Shown: positions 16,151 through 23,520 of the stretch, piece by piece
Layout of the letters: each line of letters begins with the position of its first letter
Position numbering within the stretch: position 1 is the first letter of the stretch
From: Candidatus Pacearchaeota archaeon
GTDB taxonomy: Bacteria; Patescibacteriota; Minisyncoccia; Minisyncoccales; GCA-002788555
NCBI GenBank assembly: GCA_035360455.1
Contig: DAOSAR010000001.1
Span: 3,328 to 67,327 of the forward strand
Direction of reading: 5' to 3'
Length of the DNA stretch: 64,000 bases
Program-made: the position numbers and the translations under genes
The notes under the pieces: model-generated
Database searches by the model: none
What the model saw: the letters and a program-made list of their open reading frames with translations, nothing else
Told to the model about the DNA's origin: nothing

Positions 16151-16295
16151 AAAAAATTCAATTTCTAATTTCTAATTTCTAAATAAATTCCAATGACCAA
16201 AATTTAAAATTAAAAATAGTTTTGAATTTTAAACATTAGAATTTAGAATTTGTTTAGAGTTTGGAATTTGGAATTTGGAATTTGGAATTTGGAAT
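16151..16295. repeat. Spacer built from heptamer tandem words arranged as an imperfect palindrome
   Basis: (ATTTCTA)x3 at about 16160..16182 and (TTTGGAA)x4 at about 16262..16290. The two halves are partly reverse-complementary. Confidence 0.8.
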
Positions 16296-16790
16296 TTACG
16301 AGCCTATGGCTCGTTTTATTGCTTCTTCTTCTTCCCTGGAAAGCGGGTATTCCGACTCACCGTTTTTTATTGGCTTTGCATAAACTCTTGTTGCGTCCTT
16401 GGAATGATAAGAAGAAATTATTACTCCGTCATCTTTTTGATCAAGTAGGGCTATTGAAAAACTCTGGTTGCTGCCAATTTCCTTAAATGGATTAAAACGA
16501 ATAAATCCTATTTTTTGAATCGAATGCAAAACAGAGTTGTCTAACTTTTTAAGTCTTTTTAAAATTTCTTGAATTTCTTCTTCTGTTTGACGTTCTTTTT
16601 TAAAAATTTCAGAAATTACTCCCTCTAAATCTTCTGTTCCTTTTCCCTTAAAGAAATAGCTAATCCGCTGTCTTTCTTTCCTCAATCTTAATTCTAAAAA
16701 AAGATCCCAAAGAAAAAAAATTGCTATTGTAGCAATTAAAATAATATCAATATTCTGAGAAATAAAAGCAAACATAAAAGGATTTTTCAA
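16296..16790 (-). CDS. Membrane-anchored protein, DUF4446-like
   Basis: N-terminal TM, coiled coil, IGFIRFNPFKEIGSNQSFSIALLDQKDDGVIISS...RVYAKPI. Confidence 0.5.
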   Translation of the reverse strand: MKNPFMFAFISQNIDIILIATIAIFFLWDLFLELRLRKERQRISYFFKGKGTEDLEGVISEIFKKERQTEEEIQEILKRLKKLDNSVLHSIQKIGFIRFNPFKEIGSNQSFSIALLDQKDDGVIISSYHSKDATRVYAKPIKNGESEYPLSREEEEAIKRAIGS

Positions 16791-16880
16791 TTTTTAATGA
16801 AAATAGAATTTTAAAGACATCTTTTCATTTTATTAAATTTTTTTTCCTTTTGCAAGTAAAAATATAATAAAAAATTTACC

Positions 16881-16918
16881 TTTTAAAAAGCCGCCAACTT
16901 TTTGAAAAGTTAGCGGCG
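16881..16918 (-). terminator. Rho-independent terminator after the RNHCP gene
   Basis: Minus strand: GCCGCTAACTTT-tcaa-AAAGTTGGCGGC followed by TTTTTAAAA. Confidence 0.75.
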
Positions 16919-16930
16919 CTATAAGATTTT

Positions 16931-17272
16931 TTAGAAAATTTTAAAATTCAGTTTTAAAATTTCTTCAAAATTATCATTCGGCGCAACTTTCACTCGAAAT
17001 TTATAGCCACATTTTTGGCAAGAATAATGAATAATATATTTATCTCCCTTTATTTCTAAAGCAATTGGTTTCATTAATCCTCTACATTTTTCTTTTCTAT
17101 CACCAGGATTTATATCTACATGTTTTGACCAAAGACAATTTGGGCAATGATCAGTATAGCCCGTCCCTTTGACAAAGATACCGCATTTTTCACAAGCAAA
17201 ATCTTCAACTTTTTTTTGAAATTTCTTTTCTGGAAATTTTTTATTTTTTATTTTTCCTTCTCTCCTTTCCAT
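16931..17272 (-). CDS. RNHCP-domain zinc-ribbon protein
   Basis: CEKCG...TDHCPNCLWSKHVD...CQKCG. Overlaps the upstream gene by 25 nt. Confidence 0.6.
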   Translation of the reverse strand: MERREGKIKNKKFPEKKFQKKVEDFACEKCGIFVKGTGYTDHCPNCLWSKHVDINPGDRKEKCRGLMKPIALEIKGDKYIIHYSCQKCGYKFRVKVAPNDNFEEILKLNFKIF

Positions 17273-18207
17273 TTTTCTATAAAAGGTTTAATAGTATCTA
17301 AAATCAATTGGTGAATATCCGGTCTTGAAATAACTAAAGGAATAGTATCATTTAAATTGTATTCTCGCCAAGATTTACCTTCTGCGTCAGTTACTTTTAA
17401 CCCACATCCTTCGGCAATAGGAATAACCCCAGCAACATCATAAATTTGAAGCATTGCTTCTTTCTCTTCTCCTTTTTCATCTTTAGTTGACCAATAATGT
17501 CGGAGATCAATATATGCATCAACAGAATTACGAATTAAATTAATAATATCCATGCCTGAGGCACGGCATCCATCATAAACTTTCAATTTTTTATCGTAAA
17601 GAGCTTGTTCTACCTCTCCTTTTTGTAAGCGGTGACTATTAGAATATCCAACTACTAAAATTCTTTTTCGACTGTCTCCTTGGGTCAATACAATAGAAGA
17701 TGGAGAAATGATTCTGTTATTATGAAAAGCTAAAAAATCATTGTCGGAAATATTAATAGCAGAAAATACCTCACCTTGATCAAGTGTGTAAATTGCGCTT
17801 AAAATTAAATCTTTCAAGTTTTCACTAAGACTAAGAGCTGTTGAAACAATAGCTAATGGTTGATATTCAAAAGCAGCGGCTAAACAACGTTTAGCATTTG
17901 TTGTCCCTTCAATTTCATCAATAATCAAAACAAGATTTTGATGTTCTTCTGTTTCAAGTAAAGTTTTAGTAAATGGCCTAAGCTCAAAACGAACTATTCC
18001 TTCTAATTCAGGCAGATAACTATCAATTGCTGCTTGCATTCTTTCGCGGGCAAAATTATCAATAACAGAAGATTCATGTCCTTTGTAATCAAGTGTATCG
18101 AAAATTTTTGCTCCCCGTTGGGTAAGAATATCCTCTCCAGTTTTACGAACAATCTTTTCCAAAGCAAATAAGATATCTCTCTTTTTGCTGAAGCTTAATT
18201 TCCCCAT
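17248..18207 (-). CDS. Inositol-monophosphatase/FBPase-superfamily phosphatase-like protein
   Basis: LIIDEIEGTTNA (compare DPIDGT), YDVAGVIPIAEG (compare WDxAAG). Strong SD AAGGAGGT upstream. Confidence 0.55.
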   Translation of the reverse strand: MGKLSFSKKRDILFALEKIVRKTGEDILTQRGAKIFDTLDYKGHESSVIDNFARERMQAAIDSYLPELEGIVRFELRPFTKTLLETEEHQNLVLIIDEIEGTTNAKRCLAAAFEYQPLAIVSTALSLSENLKDLILSAIYTLDQGEVFSAINISDNDFLAFHNNRIISPSSIVLTQGDSRKRILVVGYSNSHRLQKGEVEQALYDKKLKVYDGCRASGMDIINLIRNSVDAYIDLRHYWSTKDEKGEEKEAMLQIYDVAGVIPIAEGCGLKVTDAEGKSWREYNLNDTIPLVISRPDIHQLILDTIKPFIEKWKGEKEK

Positions 18208-18303
18208 TGTTTTTACCTCCTTTTTTTAATTATTAATGTGCTTTCTCATCCCAATTTTTAATATCAGGATGATTATAAATTATAAAACAATTTTTTTATT
18301 CTG

Positions 18304-18341
18304 TCAAAAAATGAAAAGCCCCTGAGGAAACTCTCAGGGGC
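18304..18341 (-). terminator. Rho-independent terminator after thyX
   Basis: Minus strand: GCCCCTGAG-agtttc-CTCAGGGGC followed by TTTTCATTTTTT. Confidence 0.85.
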
Positions 18342-18350
18342 GAACTAAAA

Positions 18351-18965
18351 TTATCTTTCTTGAATATCATCAAATATGACAGGAATGTGCCGTTTAAACT
18401 CTCTTAAAAGCGGTACAGCAATTTCTCTCATCTGGGGATGAGCTTTTATAGAACAACGAAGTTTTAGAAAATGTCTCCATTCTCGTAAGCTATAAGTAAC
18501 AACTATCTCGGTCTTGAGTGAATTTGGTAAAACTGTTCTTGCTTCTTCCGGCGTCGCTCCAGCTTCAATTAAAGCATTATAGGCATTTTCAGAAGCAATC
18601 ATTGCATCTAACCAGATTTTCAGCTTCTTTGCGTCTTTATTAAAGAAAAATGGTCTAATAACTTTCACTCCCCTTGATCTATAGTTGCAATAGCGAGTGG
18701 ACTCCTGACAATAAGAGCCAATTCTGTGACGTACAATTTCATGGCTTACTCCCCGATCACAAATAATGCGGACTGTGATTTTTTCGTGTTCTAGCACTGA
18801 TTCGTGGCCATTCTTGATAAGCATTGAAACAAATTTTCGAGCTGAATCAGATGTAATTTTGCTTTCAGATTTATAAGATGTTCGGCCGTATCTTTCTATA
18901 TTTTTTAAAATCTTTTCTCCATCAATTGCATCTTCGATAACAAAAGATGGCCTTATTATTTCCAT
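18351..18965 (-). CDS. thyX: FAD-dependent thymidylate synthase
   Basis: ThyX motif RHRIGSYCQESTRY. SD GAGGAGGTG 6 nt upstream of the ATG. Confidence 0.9.
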   Translation of the reverse strand: MEIIRPSFVIEDAIDGEKILKNIERYGRTSYKSESKITSDSARKFVSMLIKNGHESVLEHEKITVRIICDRGVSHEIVRHRIGSYCQESTRYCNYRSRGVKVIRPFFFNKDAKKLKIWLDAMIASENAYNALIEAGATPEEARTVLPNSLKTEIVVTYSLREWRHFLKLRCSIKAHPQMREIAVPLLREFKRHIPVIFDDIQER

Positions 18966-19010
18966 CTTTTACACCTCCTCTCTATTTAATTATTAAAGTA
19001 CAAAAAGCAG

Positions 19011-19094
19011 TGCCGCGGGTGGGAGTCGAACCCACATGACTCTTCAGTCATACGATTTTGAGTCGTACGCGTCTTCCAGTTCCGCCACCGCGGC
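19011..19094 (-). tRNA. tRNA-Leu (anticodon CAA)
   Basis: GCCGCGG acceptor, anticodon loop CUCAAAA, long variable arm, T-arm GTGGGTTCGACTCCCAC, discriminator A. Confidence 0.9.
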
Positions 19095-19097
19095 ATT

Positions 19098-19736
19098 CTA
19101 AAGTAAACTTGCCTCTAACCAACGAATTTTCCCAAATTGATCCTTTCTAAGTGAAAATTTATATTTTTCTTTTCTTAAAATCTTTTTTAATTCTTCTACC
19201 TGAAGAGGATCAAATTCTAAAAAAATTCTTCCTTGTGAATCTAAATACTCTTTTGCTTCTTTTAAGAAAACTTTTATGATTTTTAAGCCGTCTTTTCCCG
19301 CAAATAAAGCAAGATGAGGTTCTTTTTCTAAAACATTTTCGTCAACCTCTTTGATTCTATTTAAAGCTACGTATGGAGGATTGGCAAAAATAAAATTATA
19401 TTTATTTTTTTCAAGCTTTTCGAAAATGTTTGATTTTAAAATACGGTATCTATTTTTTTGAATTTTATTAACCTGAAGATTCGTTTTGATTTCCTCTAAT
19501 GCTTCTTTTGAAATATCAGCAAAGTCAACTATTGTATTTTCAATATTTTTAAGAATAGCTATACCTATGCATCCAGAGCCAGCAAAGATATCAAGAATAT
19601 GCAAATTTTCATTTCCCAATTTTTGATTCTTAATTTCTTTTATCGCTTTTCCTACCCAAAACTCAGTTTCAGGCCTTGGAAAAAATACTTTAGCCGAAAT
19701 ATCGATCTTGCAATTCAAAAAATTTATTTTTGGCAT
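19098..19736 (-). CDS. prmC: Release-factor glutamine N5-methyltransferase (HemK/PrmC-like), short form
   Basis: LDIFAGSGCIGIA (SAM motif I), FANPPY. Confidence 0.75.
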   Translation of the reverse strand: MPKINFLNCKIDISAKVFFPRPETEFWVGKAIKEIKNQKLGNENLHILDIFAGSGCIGIAILKNIENTIVDFADISKEALEEIKTNLQVNKIQKNRYRILKSNIFEKLEKNKYNFIFANPPYVALNRIKEVDENVLEKEPHLALFAGKDGLKIIKVFLKEAKEYLDSQGRIFLEFDPLQVEELKKILRKEKYKFSLRKDQFGKIRWLEASLL

Positions 19737-19796
19737 ACATGTACAATATTAATAGCGATAATATTATTTAAAAGAACAATATTTGAATCACCTAAA

Positions 19797-20339
19797 TTAT
19801 GGTTTTACAATAGTTAGTGTTTTTTCAACCCTTTTTAATGATTCTAATTCTACAGCAGAAGGATCTGGAATTTTTTCGCCTTTTTCACCGTATAAATCAA
19901 TAATTTCTTGAGGTTGTTTGTCAACATCTAACATTGTTTGGAAAGCAGTCCAGATTTTTATATTACCAGATGGCCATTCTTTAACATCAATTGAGAATTC
20001 ATATTTACCATTTTGAACTTCGGCCGTTCCTTCTTTAAAAAAATTGGCAGGCGACAACTCATGAGAAATTTCATAGCTTATCAAGGCTTTATTAGGTAAG
20101 TTAGCAGTTCCAAAAACTTCTAGAATATCATTGTCAATTTTAGCATCAAGGGTTAAATCAATATTCTTAAGTACCTCTTGTTGATTTGTCGAAGAAGTTG
20201 AGCTGTTTTCGTCTTGGTTTATTGAAGAAATAGGTTCGTTTCCACTTCCTAAAACAATAACAATTATTAAAATTATTGCAAAAATTAATATTAACCAAAA
20301 CCACCATCTCTTCCATATTTGTTTTTCTTGATTTTCCAT
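19797..20339 (-). CDS. Hypothetical membrane-anchored extracytoplasmic protein
   Basis: N-terminal anchor WKRWWFWLILIFAIILIIV, a Ser/Asn-rich linker, then about 110 aa of a beta-rich-looking domain. Confidence 0.45.
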   Translation of the reverse strand: MENQEKQIWKRWWFWLILIFAIILIIVIVLGSGNEPISSINQDENSSTSSTNQQEVLKNIDLTLDAKIDNDILEVFGTANLPNKALISYEISHELSPANFFKEGTAEVQNGKYEFSIDVKEWPSGNIKIWTAFQTMLDVDKQPQEIIDLYGEKGEKIPDPSAVELESLKRVEKTLTIVKP

Positions 20340-20350
20340 ATTTTTATATT

Positions 20351-20419
20351 TGCGGGGTCAGGATTCGGACCTGAATTAATGGCTCCAAAGGCCACTGTCC
20401 TACCATTAGACGACCCCGC
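20351..20419 (-). tRNA. tRNA-Gln (anticodon UUG)
   Basis: GCGGGGT acceptor, anticodon loop CUUUGGA, T-arm CAGGTCCGAATCCTG, discriminator A. Confidence 0.85.
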
Positions 20420-20499
20420 AATTTTTACAAAATTATAATATCATTATCGTTAATAAATTTCAAATAATTTTTTATCTTCAACTAATATTATTTTGAATT

Positions 20500-21831
20500 T
20501 TATCTTTTCTTTTTAAAAGAGAACTTAGCAGTCAAAACCTTATCAGTATTAAAAATTTTTAAAAGAAAGAAAACAATAATTCCTAACAATATTATAAGAT
20601 ATAAAACTCCCAAAAGAGCTGTTTGATATTCGCCAAAAAGCAATGTTCTTGAAGCTAAAATTGGATGCGAAAAAGGAATAATGCACAAAATTATTTTCAT
20701 TATTATTGGCATTTCTCCAAAATCCTGAAACATTAAAAGGAAAAAAGGAACCATTGCCAAAATAGCAATCGGTGCTATCATGCTTTGAGCGCTTTTTGTG
20801 TCTTCTGAAAAAACTCCAAGGAACATTGAAAGAGCAAGTGCTACTAAAATAGAGCAGAATATAGATATTCCTAAGATTAAATATTCCAATGGTCCCATTT
20901 TTAATCCTAAGTCAGTCAAGGTTAAAGTTGTAGTAGCTTCTTCCGAGGGAATCATTGAATTAAAATAATAATTAAAACCAAACATATAAACTGCTGCCAT
21001 TAAAAACCCGACTACTGCTGCTCCAGCCATCTTTCCCATAATAATTGTTTCTCTTTTTATCGGCATTGTAAGAAGCGTTTCAAGAGTTTTATTTTCTTTT
21101 TCAGTTGCCATTGAGGTAATCATTATCGTGCCACAATAAATAATTATTATCATTAAGATCATTGGCACAAAAGCAGCTTGAGAAGAAATTAAACCGATAA
21201 CCATTTCTGGACTGCCTTCTTGAATTTTGTCTTTGATAACTATCGAATTTTTAACTTCGATTGGATTTAAAATATTTTTGATGTTTACGTTAGGCAAGGT
21301 TTTTTGAAAATACGCCTCGCTTAAGGATTTATTTAGAGCTTGTATGATTGTTTCAATTTGACCAGCTGAAGTTGCCGCAACCAAGCTGAAATCTTTAAAA
21401 ATAGAAAAAACTTCTAATTTGGTTTTTTCGCCTTTTTGAAGATTCGTTTCAAATCCTTGAGGAATAAAAATTAAAGTTGATAAATTCTTTGCCTTAGCAA
21501 TTTCAATCGCTTTTTCTCTCTCTTGTGTCTCGGTAATTTCAGTTATCTTTATTTTTGAAGGTAGGTTTTTGTCTTCATTGATATTTTCAGTTGTGTTTGC
21601 TTGACTTGCGGGAAGCCCTGTTAAAATTGTTTTTATTTCGTTTGAAGTTGGGGTTTGATCAAGATCAAGCAAAGCTATTGACACTTCTTTTGTTGCTTCT
21701 TTGTCTATTTGACTGCCAATCATCTGGCCAAGAAAGATAAAAATTAAAATAGTAAAGGCCAATGAAAAAATTAACTGCTTATTAAGAGTTTCTCTTATTT
21801 CTTTTTTAAAAATCACAAAAAAATTAGACAT
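20500..21831 (-). CDS. ABC-2 type transporter permease
   Basis: Start moved to MSNFFVIFKKEIRETL (ATG 21831, ATGTCTAA overlap with the ATPase stop). N-terminal TM, large loop, and a C-terminal cluster of 5 TM helices. Confidence 0.75.
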   Translation of the reverse strand: MSNFFVIFKKEIRETLNKQLIFSLAFTILIFIFLGQMIGSQIDKEATKEVSIALLDLDQTPTSNEIKTILTGLPASQANTTENINEDKNLPSKIKITEITETQEREKAIEIAKAKNLSTLIFIPQGFETNLQKGEKTKLEVFSIFKDFSLVAATSAGQIETIIQALNKSLSEAYFQKTLPNVNIKNILNPIEVKNSIVIKDKIQEGSPEMVIGLISSQAAFVPMILMIIIIYCGTIMITSMATEKENKTLETLLTMPIKRETIIMGKMAGAAVVGFLMAAVYMFGFNYYFNSMIPSEEATTTLTLTDLGLKMGPLEYLILGISIFCSILVALALSMFLGVFSEDTKSAQSMIAPIAILAMVPFFLLMFQDFGEMPIIMKIILCIIPFSHPILASRTLLFGEYQTALLGVLYLIILLGIIVFFLLKIFNTDKVLTAKFSFKKKR

Positions 21832-22555
21832 AATGATTGGTTGCTTTTTCGAAGACTTCTTCCATATTTTGAACTTGATATTTTTCCTCAAGATCTTTTG
21901 CTTTACCGCTTTCCACAATTTTACCTTTATCAATTAAAGCAATCCTATCGCAGAGATATTCAACTTCAAGCATATTATGAGAAGAAATTAAAAAAGTAAT
22001 TCCTTTCTCTCTAAATTTTTTAATAATGTTTCGAATTTTAATTGAATTTAGAACATCCAAGCCAGAAGTAGGTTCATCTAAAATTGTTAGCTTTGCTTCG
22101 GGCATTAAAGCTCTTGCAAGTAAAAGTTTTCTTATCATACCTTTACTATAAGTAGAAGCTTTTTCTTTAATTTTTTCGCCAAGATCAGCAATCTCTTCAG
22201 CTTTTTTCACTAATAAATCTCGCTCTTCTTGGTTTTTACTATAAAAGGAGGCAATAAAATTTAAATAATCCTGACCTGATAAATTTTTATAAGCACCAGC
22301 TTCTTCCGGCAAATAACTAATTATCGACCTTATTTTTTGCCGATTTTTTAATAAGTCATTTCCAAAAACAGAAATATTGCCAGAATCAAAACTTAAAAGA
22401 GTTGCAATAATTTTTAATGTAGTGCTTTTGCCGGCAGCATTTGGACCAATTAAGCCAAAAATTTCTCCTTTTTCAACTTCAAAAGAGACACCATCTAAGG
22501 CTTTAAAATCACCATAATATTTCACTAAATTTTTAACTTCCAGAGCTAATAACAT
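21824..22555 (-). CDS. ABC transporter ATP-binding protein
   Basis: Start moved to MLLALEVKNLVKYYG (22555). GPNAAGKSTT (Walker A), YSKGMIRKL (signature), LTILDEPTSGLD (Walker B). Confidence 0.85.
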   Translation of the reverse strand: MLLALEVKNLVKYYGDFKALDGVSFEVEKGEIFGLIGPNAAGKSTTLKIIATLLSFDSGNISVFGNDLLKNRQKIRSIISYLPEEAGAYKNLSGQDYLNFIASFYSKNQEERDLLVKKAEEIADLGEKIKEKASTYSKGMIRKLLLARALMPEAKLTILDEPTSGLDVLNSIKIRNIIKKFREKGITFLISSHNMLEVEYLCDRIALIDKGKIVESGKAKDLEEKYQVQNMEEVFEKATNHYV

Positions 22556-22643
22556 AAATGCGGATTTGCGCGGATAATACGCGAATTTACACAGAATGAT
22601 CAGAAATAATAAGGATAGAATGATAAGGATACCTATTATTTTA

Positions 22644-23402
22644 TTACACCACAAAGATTTCTTCTTCTAAAACGCAAGAAAGATAATATTTTGAAAGGTC
22701 TTTAAGTTCTTTTTCCTGCTGGGAATTAATTTTTAATCTCTTTAAAATTGTTTTATCTTTTAAAATAATCAATCTTAAAATCTTAATTGCATCTTGAGAG
22801 ATTGGTAAAGAAATAATTTTGTTTTCTCTGTCTGAAAATTTTTCTTTTGTTTGGAAACATTTATTACATATTACCCCACCTTCTTTTGCAGAAAAATAAA
22901 ATTTCCCTTGTGAAATTCGCTCTTGACATAAAACGCAATGATAAAGCTCTGGTTCAAATCCAAGCAAAGAAAGCAAATTCCATTCAAAATAGCGAACTAT
23001 TAACCCTAGGTTGTAGGTTGTAAGTTGTAAATTGTAAGTTGTTTCCAAAAGTAATTGCCAAATTTTCTCATCTCTTTCCTCTTCTTTTACAAATTTATTA
23101 GTAAGATCACATAAATATAAAGCAAAACGATATCTTTTAATCTCTTTTTTTATTGTTTTAAATCTATTTTTTAAAATTGCATCAGTAGCAATAAAAAAAT
23201 TTTTCCCCTGAACAAATTCAAGCGAAATATAATTGAGATCTTGAAGAGCTCCCCGAAGTTTTGCTTTAATTTTTCTTATTCCCTTTCCTAATACTTCTAT
23301 CTTGCCAAAATTTTCGGTATAAAGAGTAAACAGCTGATCTGCTTCGCCAATATCTTTTTTTAAAAGAACGATTGCTTTTGTTTTAAGTGTTTGATATTCC
23401 AT
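22644..23402 (-). CDS. recO: DNA repair protein RecO
   Basis: N-terminal OB-fold-like KAIVLLKKDIGEADQLFTLYTENFGKI, zinc motif CVLCQ...CNKC. Confidence 0.8.
   Translation of the reverse strand: MEYQTLKTKAIVLLKKDIGEADQLFTLYTENFGKIEVLGKGIRKIKAKLRGALQDLNYISLEFVQGKNFFIATDAILKNRFKTIKKEIKRYRFALYLCDLTNKFVKEEERDEKIWQLLLETTYNLQLTTYNLGLIVRYFEWNLLSLLGFEPELYHCVLCQERISQGKFYFSAKEGGVICNKCFQTKEKFSDRENKIISLPISQDAIKILRLIILKDKTILKRLKINSQQEKELKDLSKYYLSCVLEEEIFVV
23008..23042. repeat. Heptamer tandem repeat inside recO
   Basis: aggttgt aggttgt aagttgt aaattgt aagttgt (5 x 7 bp), encoding TTYNLQLTTYNLG. The same heptamer appears as ACAACTT x3 in the spacer at 54103..54123. Confidence 0.85.
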
Positions 23403-23520
23403 TTGAAATTATATCAACGAATTACGAATCTAATACGAATTTACGAATGTAAGTTAAGGGTATTTAAGGACATTCACAGTTTGCAGCATTCGCATAAAAT
23501 TCGTAGATTCGCATCGTATA

